A stretch of 64,000 nt of DNA from an uncultured virus (IMG/VR IMGVR_UViG_3300030118_003994) (taxonomy: Duplodnaviria > Heunggongvirae > Uroviricota > Caudoviricetes > Crassvirales), in the IMG/VR virus record IMGVR_UViG_3300030118_003994, one strand, 5' to 3'. The notes beneath the pieces are model-generated. The model was not told the origin of the DNA and did not search any database. It worked only from the letters and a program-made list of their open reading frames with translations. Within the stretch, counting starts at the first letter, position 1. The number at the start of each line of letters is the position of its first letter. Positions 36,509 through 47,409 of the stretch are shown here, in pieces. The position numbers were made by a program, and so were the translations under genes.

Positions 36509-39500
36509 TTAATAACCTCCAGAACTACCAGAACCGCTGCTTGTTGGGGTGCTAGTTGTTGCGGTTGTAGTTGTGGAAGAAGTGCTTGAGCTAGTTCTTT
36601 CTTTAGGTAACAACTCCTCTTCTTTGTCTTTTTTAAAAGCCCTATCTCTACTTTCGTTTTCAATTTTTTGTTCGTATCTTGCTCCTGCAAAAGCTTTGGT
36701 TGGGGGTAATAAATTAGAGGTCATACTTCCTGTAGCCCCACAATTATTGTAGCAATCTGCTAAACTAGTGTAGGTACCGCTATTGTCACAGAATTTTACA
36801 CAAGCACCATCAACACAATCCCAAGTAGGTCCTGTGCTGGTAGGAGGACAAATATTTATTTTTTCAAAAGCTACTATATATTCATTAAATCTTATATCAT
36901 AAACACCATAAATATTAAATCTATTTGCAGCAATATTAGCATTGTTTATTTGAGTTGCTTTATCTGTAAAATATTCTCTCATTTTATTGTTAGATATTTC
37001 TGTAAATCCATCTTGAGCTAACCTTAATACAGCACCTCTTTTTATATCAACAAAATACATTCTATTTCCGTTATAAGCAAAAGATTCTGGGTTTTTATTT
37101 ATACCATATCTACCTAAATAAGGAACCGCTTGTGATAAAACACTGTCTGATGTAGCTACATTTCCACTACCATCTACGTTAAATATTACATCTCTGTTAA
37201 CTAAAGACTGTGAAACTTTATCTTCTTGGAATATAACAAGCATATTATCTTTAGAGTGTAGTTTTTGTATGGAGTTATAACTTCTTTCAAACTCCGCAAA
37301 GTTTACATCTGGATATATAGATGATATTCCATTTATATTTGTGTTAGGAATATAGGCATCAGAATATAGACATGTAGAATGTTTTCTGCTTCTTCTAAAA
37401 TCTTCTTGAACTGCATTAGGCCTACCTTTATTCCAAAAATCAGATAAAAACTTATCATTAAAATGAAAAGATTCTACAATAGTTAACGATTTGTTTGAAT
37501 AAGAGTTTCTATATCTAAGATAAATATCTCCTTTTTTAAATACACCAGTTGCTGGCTGTGATATTGAAGGGTCTTGATTTTGATATGTGGACTCTATTCT
37601 TCTGTGAAATCTAGTGTCTTGATATGGATTACCTATCTGTCCTACTTCACCTATTTCAAAATACAAAGGACTTTCTTCTTCAGTTTTCTTTTTTGGAGAA
37701 TATATTTCCATACTCCAGTCTACATAAGATGGAACAGCATTTACAGCGTCTAGCGCATCTGGACCCGTAATTAATGCTATTTCTCTAGACAGAACTAAAA
37801 ACTCCTTATCATCAATAAAGGGATTAACAGCACCAAAGCCTGGTGAAATATTTTCTCCAGACTGTAATATTCTTGGGTATTCTCCTTTTCCAGCTATTCC
37901 TAAAACTTTAAACTCCCAGTTGTTATCTATAGCTGGCTGTTCTCCTTGGTCTGATACAAATCTTAGTATGTCTCCCTCCACAAAGTCATAGTAAAAAGCA
38001 GAGCCAGAACCCTCACCTTTATTGTGTTTTCTAATATTAGTTATATCAACCATTATATTGTCTCTATAAATATCATCTGGAATTATGGCTCCTATATTGT
38101 CAGTTCTGTCACTAAAACCTAAAAAAGCACCAGTATTTCCATCAAAAATACCATCAGTAACAAAATGAATAAAGTTATCTGCTAAAGCATTACCACCATA
38201 AACCCATTGATAATGCGTAGCCCAAACAGGAGGAATGTGATTTATTTCCCACTGTATATTCCATTCTCCTAAATAACCTGTAGAATTTAAAGCTGAGGCA
38301 GAAGCACCAGTGTCATAATTTATATTGTCATAAAAAGGTTTTGATTGAGAAGCTTTAGGAATATAAATAGTAGATTTTCTGCCTAACTGAACAGCACAGC
38401 TTCTATTTGCTCTATCGTAATAAACTAATCCAAACCTATGATTAGAGCCAGCCTTAAAAGTCCCTGCTACCGCTACTGATTGAGATGATGATGGTTTCAA
38501 CACCTCAATACCTAAAATTATTGGAGTATGTGAAGCGAAATACAAATTAGATATAAAAGTTTTGTCTGAAGGGCACATATTAAATTCTATACCTTTAGCA
38601 TTATTGTGCACTAAAGAACCTGGAAAATCTACATTTCCTGGGTTAGGACTTTGATAACTAGCACTATTGCTCACCACCTCATTATAAGCGTTTGAAAACC
38701 CACAACAACCCCCAACTCTACCTCTACTAACCCAAATAAAACAAGAGTTTGCATCAGGAGGGGCGATTGAATTCATATCTGCCGCAGTAGCACAAGAGTT
38801 TGAATTATTATTTTCTCTTAAACACCAAAAAGATTTAGAAGAAGCCCCCATACCCCATGAATTATCATAAGGATAAGCGTCTATTCCTCCAGCTACGTTA
38901 GGTCCATATATACCAGGAATCATATTGTCTAGGTTGGGGTCAGGGCCAGTACTACCGTGTCTTGCACCCATAGAAGGGTCATATTTTTGTCCAGCAGAAA
39001 CCTGCACTCCAGTACCAGATTTGTTTAAATCACCTAAACTAGAGTATCCGTTTACAAGACTTACTTCGTTTAAAGGATGCCACTCGTCTCTAAATAATAT
39101 TCCGTTTCCACTGTTTGGAGACGAACTGTTATAACTAGCCCAGTAAAAATCTCCAGGATTACGAGTTTTTGTTCCTCCTTGGTATGAATTATAGGTGTGT
39201 GAGCTAGTATTCCACTCAAAATCATTTCCCGCTTGATTTGCTATAGCATAACCATCACCATCAACAATCCTGTTGAGGTAAAAAGACCCACCAGTTGTTG
39301 GTCTTATAGCATAATATGTAGCACTATCCCACTCTTGATGAAAACTATGGCCCACAACATTTAATGAAGGATTACTACCAACTAAGTTACCAGAACTATT
39401 ACTATACGCAGCAAAAGGTTGTGTTTGTCCATTGCTAGCAGCACTAGTTGAAACTAGACCATAAGCTTGACTAGGAGTATCCCCTGAACCACTGGTAAAT

Positions 39501-41179
39501 AATTCTTCTCTTTTTACACTGTTATCTGTTGTGTCTAAATACCTAACACTTAGTTCGCTAGCTATATCTTCCCTAATATCATTTAAATCTGTCTTTGAAG
39601 TCGTATGAGTGTAATCTATATCGTAAACAAACATGTTATAGGTATCTGACGCTGCTGTACCATATTTAGATTGACCCCAGTAAAAATCATGTCCGTAAAA
39701 TGAAGTTTGTATAGGGTCATATGTACCAGTAGAGTTCCTCAGAGGAGCATTATCACCCCAATCAACATTTGCCTGAACAACAGAGTACATGACCTGCCAG
39801 TTTCTAATTTCTATTTTAAAAACACTAATAGAGCCTGGGTCTATAACAATAGTGTCAGGAAATATAATTTCTAACTCATACTCCATACGAAACTTGTGCC
39901 TTGGATTGTTATTAGGGCCATCTGGGTCTCCGAACTTAAAACTTACCCTGTGTCTTCCTTCTAAATTAAATGTTGTAATATTTTTTACTAATGTAGGGTT
40001 TTCTACCACTACTGGTTTAAGTTCTACATCTGTAGAAACACCGTCTTGACCAGAAACCACATTACCATAAACCATTCTGTTTCCATCAACAACTTCTTGT
40101 GCTTTTGCTAAATGAGGAACATCATCATATAATTTTTCAGACTCAACAACATCAATAGTAGAATAAATACCATCATTATAAAATAAAAAATATCTAGACT
40201 GATTATCAGCTAAGGTGTCGTCTATTATAATTGTATTACCAAAATCTGTTATGCTATTAAAAGTAAAAGGAACACTAGAGCCAGTAACATATTCTGTTAC
40301 ATTTTCTTTGTCAATATCTGCTATTAAAACAAAGTCATCTTTTCCGTTTGTATTTCTTGCTGCTATTTGTATTCTTTTTACAGTTTCATGACCAGTGTTA
40401 AACTCTACACTTATAACATTGTTGTCTGATGATTCGCTACCCCCAATATCATAATACCTGTTAAAACCCACATCAACAAGACCTTTACTTATAGGAGACC
40501 AAGCAGACTTTTCTAAATCATCGTAAACCCACCTGTATTTAAATTGAAAAGACTTTTCTAAAAGTTGATTAGTTAAAACGCCTTCGTCTGTTAAAAATCC
40601 AGGGACAGTAGCTACTCCAACCCCTTGAAATGTTGGTGGGTGAAAAGGTGGGTATTTTACAGCATCTAAAGTTTGTATGTCTATATTAGAATAACCACCG
40701 GTACCATTAGAAAAATCTATTGCTTTTTTTATGTTTAATTTTCTTGGAGGATTTATATCATCTGTCCAATACAGCATTCCTAAAGGAAAATATTGTTCGT
40801 CTGAACCAACAACATTAATACCTGTAATAAGATTTTCTTTATTAAAATTTAATAAAATGTTTCTGTATATGGTTTCTACTGTTTCTGTTTTAGGGTCAAA
40901 TCTATATATACCATGATTATTATCACCAGCAACAAAATATATTACAACGCCATTATCAAAATCTTCATATGCTCCAATAACCTTAGGATTTGATATTCCT
41001 AAGTTTGTGTTTAAAATATATTTGTTAGAACGAATATTTTCAACAATACCATCATTACCTTCGTCAGATTTAGAAATACGACAATTTAAAGCTTTTTTGT
41101 AGTCTGTAGGGGCTAAGAATCTTTCATCCGTATCCATATCCATGCCTCCTCCTGCGAATATCTTTTTTTCTAAAGGCAT
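36509..41179 (-). CDS. Tail stabilization/muzzle protein (P22 gp10-like, crAss-like type)
   Basis: GGMDMDTDERF..YKKALN, LYWTD.INPPRKLNI, YDDVPHLAKAQE..GNRMVYGN, FGLVYYDRANR, YGINKNPESFA. Confidence 0.8.
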   Translation of the reverse strand: MPLEKKIFAGGGMDMDTDERFLAPTDYKKALNCRISKSDEGNDGIVENIRSNKYILNTNLGISNPKVIGAYEDFDNGVVIYFVAGDNNHGIYRFDPKTETVETIYRNILLNFNKENLITGINVVGSDEQYFPLGMLYWTDDINPPRKLNIKKAIDFSNGTGGYSNIDIQTLDAVKYPPFHPPTFQGVGVATVPGFLTDEGVLTNQLLEKSFQFKYRWVYDDLEKSAWSPISKGLVDVGFNRYYDIGGSESSDNNVISVEFNTGHETVKRIQIAARNTNGKDDFVLIADIDKENVTEYVTGSSVPFTFNSITDFGNTIIIDDTLADNQSRYFLFYNDGIYSTIDVVESEKLYDDVPHLAKAQEVVDGNRMVYGNVVSGQDGVSTDVELKPVVVENPTLVKNITTFNLEGRHRVSFKFGDPDGPNNNPRHKFRMEYELEIIFPDTIVIDPGSISVFKIEIRNWQVMYSVVQANVDWGDNAPLRNSTGTYDPIQTSFYGHDFYWGQSKYGTAASDTYNMFVYDIDYTHTTSKTDLNDIREDIASELSVRYLDTTDNSVKREELFTSGSGDTPSQAYGLVSTSAASNGQTQPFAAYSNSSGNLVGSNPSLNVVGHSFHQEWDSATYYAIRPTTGGSFYLNRIVDGDGYAIANQAGNDFEWNTSSHTYNSYQGGTKTRNPGDFYWASYNSSSPNSGNGILFRDEWHPLNEVSLVNGYSSLGDLNKSGTGVQVSAGQKYDPSMGARHGSTGPDPNLDNMIPGIYGPNVAGGIDAYPYDNSWGMGASSKSFWCLRENNNSNSCATAADMNSIAPPDANSCFIWVSRGRVGGCCGFSNAYNEVVSNSASYQSPNPGNVDFPGSLVHNNAKGIEFNMCPSDKTFISNLYFASHTPIILGIEVLKPSSSQSVAVAGTFKAGSNHRFGLVYYDRANRSCAVQLGRKSTIYIPKASQSKPFYDNINYDTGASASALNSTGYLGEWNIQWEINHIPPVWATHYQWVYGGNALADNFIHFVTDGIFDGNTGAFLGFSDRTDNIGAIIPDDIYRDNIMVDITNIRKHNKGEGSGSAFYYDFVEGDILRFVSDQGEQPAIDNNWEFKVLGIAGKGEYPRILQSGENISPGFGAVNPFIDDKEFLVLSREIALITGPDALDAVNAVPSYVDWSMEIYSPKKKTEEESPLYFEIGEVGQIGNPYQDTRFHRRIESTYQNQDPSISQPATGVFKKGDIYLRYRNSYSNKSLTIVESFHFNDKFLSDFWNKGRPNAVQEDFRRSRKHSTCLYSDAYIPNTNINGISSIYPDVNFAEFERSYNSIQKLHSKDNMLVIFQEDKVSQSLVNRDVIFNVDGSGNVATSDSVLSQAVPYLGRYGINKNPESFAYNGNRMYFVDIKRGAVLRLAQDGFTEISNNKMREYFTDKATQINNANIAANRFNIYGVYDIRFNEYIVAFEKINICPPTSTGPTWDCVDGACVKFCDNSGTYTSLADCYNNCGATGSMTSNLLPPTKAFAGARYEQKIENESRDRAFKKDKEEELLPKERTSSSTSSTTTTATTSTPTSSGSGSSGGY

Positions 41180-41184
41180 ATTAT

Positions 41185-41922
41185 TTAAAATTTAGGTGAT
41201 TGCTTTACTTGTTTTCTTGATATTCTCCATGCTTGGTCAGGAGTAAAGTTAACTATTCTAGCTCTTGCTAATCTTTTTTCATTATACCAGTCTCTTCTAG
41301 CATTTTCTTTTTCTCCTAAAGGTATACCAGACCTTCTTTGAACTAGTTTCCAGTAAATGTAAGCTCTTAGAGCTTCTTCTGCTAAAACATTTATTTTCAT
41401 ATCTCCATTTATATTAGAACCATCACTAATATATTCTAAAACTATAGATTCGCCAGAAAGCTCAGAAGATAACGCTATTTGATGTTTTTCTCTATCTATT
41501 CTATAATAACCGTTTCTATAACCACCACCTACACCATACCATCCTCCTGTTAGTTCTGCGTTTCTTGAGTTTCCTCCGCTAGCTGATTTTAGTCCAGAAA
41601 AGTCATGTGCTTCTGGAGCACCACAACAATCAATGTTATTTTGTATACAAAGATACTCATCATAACCCAAAGTTTCTATTCTACCATGAGACTTACATTG
41701 TCCTATTCTTGTGTAATTTACATAATCTTTTGGCAGGTCTACAGTTAAATTATCATTAACCATTAAAGTTTCTGTCTTTACTTGTTGTAAAGTATCAAAT
41801 GTAAGCTCTTTTAAGCCTCTTATAGCAATATCTAAATACTGCATATACTTATGCTCAGTAGTCTCTCCTTGTTGTATTAGAAGTGATTTAATTATTTCGT
41901 CTAAACTTACATTTAAAGCCAT
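41185..41922 (-). CDS. Tail ring/tubular protein
   Basis: LPKDYVNYTRI, IVLEYISDG, LAEEALRAYI; position. Confidence 0.7.
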   Translation of the reverse strand: MALNVSLDEIIKSLLIQQGETTEHKYMQYLDIAIRGLKELTFDTLQQVKTETLMVNDNLTVDLPKDYVNYTRIGQCKSHGRIETLGYDEYLCIQNNIDCCGAPEAHDFSGLKSASGGNSRNAELTGGWYGVGGGYRNGYYRIDREKHQIALSSELSGESIVLEYISDGSNINGDMKINVLAEEALRAYIYWKLVQRRSGIPLGEKENARRDWYNEKRLARARIVNFTPDQAWRISRKQVKQSPKF

Positions 41923-41923
41923 A

Positions 41924-42550
41924 TTATTCCATATTATCGTTTACCTCATCATTTGGTATGTTTTTCATTGGAGCGTACAACTGAAGAACATTTCTTATAA
42001 CTTCAGACTCTAAATCTGAAGGTATAGGAAATATATCATCTGGATTTACATCTCCTGAATTCATTACCATTTTTACTATAACAGTATTACCGCAACAATC
42101 ATCTATAGCACTATTATAATATATTCTATCTCCTTCTAACCAATAACCACCCCTACCTCCAATCATAGAAGAAACTAATCCGTTATATAAACTTAACGAA
42201 CCATTAGGCATTCTTACAAAAGCATTATATTGGTCTTTTGTGTAACTTACATGAACAATACCCATATCTTTAGGTAAAGACATTATACGGCCTGGCAAAG
42301 AAGAATATAACAAATCTTTTGTAGTATCTCTTTTTATCATTATATTGTCAAAAGTAGAAATAATATCTCCTGGTATTTCACCCTGACCTCTTTCTAAAGA
42401 TTCAAACAATCTCATTCTTACAACTCTATCTCTTTCTTGTTCTATAGCCAATAACAATTCTCTAGGGTCTATAGAGTTATCATGAGTAGTATCACCAGAG
42501 TTTAATATTCTGATAATTTGTTCTGCTAATTGATTTTTTGTTGTTGCCAT
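41924..42550 (-). CDS. Tail ring/adaptor-like protein
   Basis: Position between ring-like genes. Confidence 0.55.
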   Translation of the reverse strand: MATTKNQLAEQIIRILNSGDTTHDNSIDPRELLLAIEQERDRVVRMRLFESLERGQGEIPGDIISTFDNIMIKRDTTKDLLYSSLPGRIMSLPKDMGIVHVSYTKDQYNAFVRMPNGSLSLYNGLVSSMIGGRGGYWLEGDRIYYNSAIDDCCGNTVIVKMVMNSGDVNPDDIFPIPSDLESEVIRNVLQLYAPMKNIPNDEVNDNME

Positions 42551-43324
42551 TTATATTCCTGTTTGTCTTTTACCTTCACTATATTGTGCTAAATCACCTT
42601 CTCTAAGATTTATACCTACAAATGATAAAATTCTAATTGCTATTTCATTAAAAACTTGTGGAGGCCACTCTAAATCTATAGAGTTTATGTTGTCATAAAC
42701 CGGCCTTCTGTTTACCAAGACATACTCCCAAGATGGTTTTATAGGTTCTCTTAAATAAACAAAGTCAACCGCCCCTATATCTCTAGGATGATACTGAACG
42801 CCTTCTTCATAAAAAGTTAATACAGGATAAGCCTTTGTAGGAACCACTATACTACTAGATAATAAATTAGAAAGTTCTGAATCATCTACAGGTCTTATAG
42901 CTACAGTTTTGCTTGTTACTGTACTTGAGGTTGTACCTACGGTATTATCTTTATTACACCCTGGGCAATTGTCAGTGGTTGTTGTTCCTCTATCAAACTT
43001 TACATCAACATAATTAGTAGATGCAGAACTAAAGTGTAAATAATCTTCAGGATAAAGCATTAATCCAGTACTGTCAACAGGTAAAGAAACTCTTCTTATA
43101 AAATATCTTAAATCATCTGATATTTTTTGCGTTTGACTATATGCTACTCTAGGTATAGGTCTTCCAGGTTGATATTCAGCTGGGTTGCCGTATCTTTCCA
43201 TAAAAAGTTGCATTTGAGCCCTATCAACCGCCAGATTAAAATCTGAAGGCTTTATAAATCCTGACTGCTCTTTATTTGCAACAAACTGAACAAATCTATA
43301 TACTTCGTCAATATTAATAGCCAT
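42551..43324 (-). CDS. Tail ring/tubular protein
   Basis: INIDEVYRFV..ANKEQSGFIKPSDFN..AQ; YLREP..PSW; ILSFVGINLRE. Confidence 0.7.
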   Translation of the reverse strand: MAINIDEVYRFVQFVANKEQSGFIKPSDFNLAVDRAQMQLFMERYGNPAEYQPGRPIPRVAYSQTQKISDDLRYFIRRVSLPVDSTGLMLYPEDYLHFSSASTNYVDVKFDRGTTTTDNCPGCNKDNTVGTTSSTVTSKTVAIRPVDDSELSNLLSSSIVVPTKAYPVLTFYEEGVQYHPRDIGAVDFVYLREPIKPSWEYVLVNRRPVYDNINSIDLEWPPQVFNEIAIRILSFVGINLREGDLAQYSEGKRQTGI

Positions 43325-43337
43325 TTATATTTATTTA

Positions 43338-44867
43338 TTACGCAGCCTCAACATATGCAACAAAAATATTAACTTTTCCTGCTGTTAAAGCAGCAGTGTT
43401 AATTGTAAATGTTACTTTTGAAGCTGTCAATATTTGTCCTACATTATCAATACCTCTAACAACATCTCCAACAGCGTTAAATGGTGTAGCTCCAAAAGCA
43501 GTTGCTCCATTAAAGAAGTTTGTATCGTCAGCTAAATACCCTCCTGAAGTAGAACCGACATCTAACCCTACTTCTACGGTTGGAGAACCACTAGACGTTA
43601 ATGCTGTTTCTACCTGTACAAAACTTTGTGCTCCATCAATAATAGCTTTTGCAGGAAGTAATTCTGTTGCATCACTACCTAAAGAATATGTTCCAACAGC
43701 ACCTGTGTGAACGTCAAAATCATATGTAAATTTTTTGTATTGTATTCCGCTTGCTCTACCCCAACTTCTAACACCAGCAGCAGTAGAAACAAGAACCATG
43801 CCGTCTGTACTAGGGTTTCCTAAATCTCTTTCTAATCCTGTAGCGTCTTTTAATATAGGGTTTGCACTTGACCAGTTACCGTTTATATATCTTGTTTTAA
43901 TTTCAAAAGGTTTTGTGCTACCAGAGCTATAATCAGCTGATGTAAGTGCCTTGCCAAAAACATTTACACTACCAGAAGTAGTAACATCTGCAGCCCATCT
44001 TACAACATACTCATCACCTTCTCTTGGAGAACCACCAGTAGGTAAATTAATTGTGTAATTACCACTACCCAAAGAATGAGAACCCGAAACCTCAATAACC
44101 CCTTCTGTAGTGTCTGTAGTAGGAGTAAAAGAACCACCTCCAGATACACTTGTTATTCTGTTAACACCTTCTTTTTTTATGTTTACACCTGCAGCCTTTA
44201 ACTTATCTGTAGTTATTATGTTACCTAAAAGAATATCTTTATTAACAGGAACTCTGTTTACCTCATGCCAAGATGTTGATGAGCTTGAATACATTAGCAT
44301 GATGATAGTATTTGCATCAAATGTAGAAAAGTTTGAGTTTGTATCTAAATACAAAGAACCAACTCCTAATCCTGATGATATAGCCGCACTATCTTCCCTG
44401 TCTAAAAGGGTGGTTATTCTAGCTGAATTTGCACCAGATATAATTAAAATATCACCATCAGAAATAACGCTATTTGTTTCTCTTATATATATACAGTTAC
44501 TGGTTGCAGCAGAGCCCTCTGTGTCTAAATTTATTTTTTGAACACTTGCATTTCTTGTGTAGGTTAAAATATTACTAGATACAGAAACGCTAGCAATAGG
44601 CATTCTATTGTTTCCTCCTATATTTGTAATATAACTAGTAATCTCTGTTGCTCCAGATATAGAACCTTCTGTTCCAGAAGTGTTTAGGTAGTATTTTTTA
44701 GACTCAACAAGACTAGTTGTATTGTTGGCCAAAGAAGAATTTGTTAAAGCGTCTTTAATAACGCTTTTTTTACCTTTTATATTATTTTCAATGTTTGATA
44801 ATATATTACCTAACAAATCTGTTATGTATATATACCCTTGATTATTTCCTAAATTATTTATTGCCAT
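43338..44867 (-). CDS. Virion structural protein (tail-associated)
   Basis: S/T/G-rich beta protein in morphogenesis block. Confidence 0.6.
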   Translation of the reverse strand: MAINNLGNNQGYIYITDLLGNILSNIENNIKGKKSVIKDALTNSSLANNTTSLVESKKYYLNTSGTEGSISGATEITSYITNIGGNNRMPIASVSVSSNILTYTRNASVQKINLDTEGSAATSNCIYIRETNSVISDGDILIISGANSARITTLLDREDSAAISSGLGVGSLYLDTNSNFSTFDANTIIMLMYSSSSTSWHEVNRVPVNKDILLGNIITTDKLKAAGVNIKKEGVNRITSVSGGGSFTPTTDTTEGVIEVSGSHSLGSGNYTINLPTGGSPREGDEYVVRWAADVTTSGSVNVFGKALTSADYSSGSTKPFEIKTRYINGNWSSANPILKDATGLERDLGNPSTDGMVLVSTAAGVRSWGRASGIQYKKFTYDFDVHTGAVGTYSLGSDATELLPAKAIIDGAQSFVQVETALTSSGSPTVEVGLDVGSTSGGYLADDTNFFNGATAFGATPFNAVGDVVRGIDNVGQILTASKVTFTINTAALTAGKVNIFVAYVEAA

Positions 44868-44868
44868 T

Positions 44869-46482
44869 TTATTTTGCTATTATTTTAAATGTTATATTTA
44901 CCTCTGCAGGTAATGAATCTACTGTTTTTTGAATTTTAGTTTCTTTGTCTAAAATTTTAAATTTAAAACTACTAAAACTAGTGTTATCTATATCATAAAC
45001 TTCTGCGATAACACCCTCAGAATCAGGAATTGTTGCTATAACAGAGTCTATCGTGTTAGTGCTAGAAACAAATAAATTTGATACCTTATACCAATCGTTA
45101 AAACTATTTGTTGGAGAGCCAGCATGACCATCCCACCTAATAATATTAGGAGAAGGAGTAAACTTTCTGTTAGTCAAAGGGCTTGTAATGATAAAATTAT
45201 AAAAAGACGGATTAACAATGCTATCTGACTCTGCAATGCTGTTTGAAATACTAGATAACTTTACATTATAAACTTGAGTGCTAAACTCTAAATTATAATT
45301 ATTTTGTATATTTTCTATATTGTTTAAAGACAAACCTAAGCTTTCCACCTGAGACTCTACGGAAGCTAAACTAGAAGCTATATAAGAAACATCTCCAGAT
45401 ATTTCCGGCCCTAACTCTAAATCATAAACAACTGGGTCTGCAGATGTTCCGGAGCCTGAAGACCTTACTGAAATATTATCATTTACAGATTGCAGTAAAT
45501 ATGAATTTGAGGAAACAGAAGATGTTATAGGAATATTAGCAGGAGCACTGTTGCCTCCATAACAAGCACATTCTGTGCTACATTCAGAAACATGCTTTAT
45601 ATCATTAAGATAAACCTCTGCATCAGCCGTATTACCACAAGCAAGAGCTTGAGTATATAAAGTAATTAATCTTGTTACATCTTCTACTTTTGCTTTGTAA
45701 TCTTCTGCTAAAGCTTTATTTTTACACTTAGCATCTTCGTATCTTAAATTTAACGCTTTTAAACAACAATAAACATCACACAACCCTAAATCACTAACTA
45801 CATTTGTATTAGCAAAACCTGATATAGTAGTTAAAACGCTATAAGAACCTGCATTTCCTGTTAAAGAGTATTCTAAAATAGATTGAACATCAGAAGTCCA
45901 TAGTCCAGTTGTAATACCAGTATAAGTTATAGTTGAATTAGAACCTTGGTCTACAGGGCTAGGTAAAAGATTTCCGCTAGAATCTGTTGCTCCTTGAGGA
46001 GGGTATAAGCTGTGGGTTCTAGTTTGAGAAGACACAGTGTAAGAACCAGAAGATGTATAATCTGTTGAATCTGCTGATGTTATTTGAGAAGCAACAGTAG
46101 AAGCTTCTAAAGTCAATAAAACAGAAGGAGCTGTAAAGTTATATGTAAAATTAATTTGCGAAGCTGATTCTATAGTACCAGAACCAGAGCTTGGATAAAC
46201 AGAATAATCAACAGCCCAAATATCACCAACATTTAAAGAAGATAATGTTAATTCTAATTTTCTAGAATTTTGAACAGGGCTAGACGGAGAATAATCTGTA
46301 GGAGCAACAGTTATATCTGGAGAACTACTAGTTCCAGGAGTATTAAAAGCACTTCCGTTTTGAACTATAGTTACAACACCATGTATATTACCAGAATAAC
46401 CACTAGTGTAATCTGTAGTATCTTCTATTATAATTTTACCATTATTTATATCGAATATAACTTTATGTGTTATCGTTGCCAT
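44869..46482 (-). CDS. Virion structural protein (fibre-base-like)
   Basis: Paralogous segments with 47410-52776 and 46537-47403. Confidence 0.6.
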   Translation of the reverse strand: MATITHKVIFDINNGKIIIEDTTDYTSGYSGNIHGVVTIVQNGSAFNTPGTSSSPDITVAPTDYSPSSPVQNSRKLELTLSSLNVGDIWAVDYSVYPSSGSGTIESASQINFTYNFTAPSVLLTLEASTVASQITSADSTDYTSSGSYTVSSQTRTHSLYPPQGATDSSGNLLPSPVDQGSNSTITYTGITTGLWTSDVQSILEYSLTGNAGSYSVLTTISGFANTNVVSDLGLCDVYCCLKALNLRYEDAKCKNKALAEDYKAKVEDVTRLITLYTQALACGNTADAEVYLNDIKHVSECSTECACYGGNSAPANIPITSSVSSNSYLLQSVNDNISVRSSGSGTSADPVVYDLELGPEISGDVSYIASSLASVESQVESLGLSLNNIENIQNNYNLEFSTQVYNVKLSSISNSIAESDSIVNPSFYNFIITSPLTNRKFTPSPNIIRWDGHAGSPTNSFNDWYKVSNLFVSSTNTIDSVIATIPDSEGVIAEVYDIDNTSFSSFKFKILDKETKIQKTVDSLPAEVNITFKIIAK

Positions 46483-46502
46483 TTTTTATTTTTTATATAT
46501 TA

Positions 46503-46510
46503 CAAATATA
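46503..46510 (-). promoter_or_regulatory. Late promoter TATATTTG
   Basis: Intergenic, 20 nt upstream of ATG 46482. Confidence 0.7.
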
Positions 46511-46536
46511 GTAAATTTTTATCAATATTCCTAGAA

Positions 46537-47403
46537 CTAATAACCAGAACTACCACCCGAACTTGATGAGCCACCAGAAGAGCCAGAACTTGATGACGGT
46601 GAAGAGTAAGAAGAACCGCTAGAAGCTGTTGTAGATGAAGAAACAGAAATACTTGTGTTATTATTTACATTATTGCTTGTGTTACTAATATTATTAAATG
46701 TTTTTTTATCCCACTCCATAAAAAAACTTATTTTTGTTTGAGGTTGTGTTGATAAAAAATAATTAGAAACATAATTGTTTTTTTCTAATTCTTTTATTTT
46801 AAACTTTACATAATCATTTTTTATTTCAACTACATCTATATCTAAATCACTGTTATCAATTTTATATTCTACATAAGGTATACCATCTAAAGATTTATCA
46901 AAACGAATGTAAAAACAATTATTTTTATATTTAAATAATTGGCTTGTTGTTTTTTCGCTTTCAACCTTATAACCAGAAGCATCTTTTTCATTTAAAGTTT
47001 TGCTTTCTATAAAATGATTTCTATCTGTAAATTTAAAAGTAGATTCTATGTTTAAAATATTTTTAAAAGACAATTCGCTTTTTCTCATATTATTATAAGT
47101 TGTAATAATTTTTCTACGTTCTTTTATAAGATTGTCTTTTATTTTTTCGTTTTTAGATTTGTAATCTGCTATAACATCAGTAAAGTTTTTTTGTAAATCA
47201 AGTGTATAAACATATGGATTTGCAGATGTCCCTTTTCCTGTTTGCTCAAGAGTTATAATGTTAGATTTGTTTTTTACAACAGCATAATCTCCTTTGTGTC
47301 CTACCTTTTTAGGTACACGCCTATTATTTACACCATTAGTATATATAATATTTTTAGTGTTGTCTACAGGTTCTTTTACTGATTTTAAATTTCTTCTTGA
47401 CAT
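46537..47403 (-). CDS. Hypothetical protein with Ser/Gly-rich ...GY tail
   Basis: GKGTSANPYVYTLDL resembles GSGTSADPVVYDLEL of 44869-46482. Confidence 0.6.
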   Translation of the reverse strand: MSRRNLKSVKEPVDNTKNIIYTNGVNNRRVPKKVGHKGDYAVVKNKSNIITLEQTGKGTSANPYVYTLDLQKNFTDVIADYKSKNEKIKDNLIKERRKIITTYNNMRKSELSFKNILNIESTFKFTDRNHFIESKTLNEKDASGYKVESEKTTSQLFKYKNNCFYIRFDKSLDGIPYVEYKIDNSDLDIDVVEIKNDYVKFKIKELEKNNYVSNYFLSTQPQTKISFFMEWDKKTFNNISNTSNNVNNNTSISVSSSTTASSGSSYSSPSSSSGSSGGSSSSGGSSGY

Positions 47404-47409
47404 ATATTT

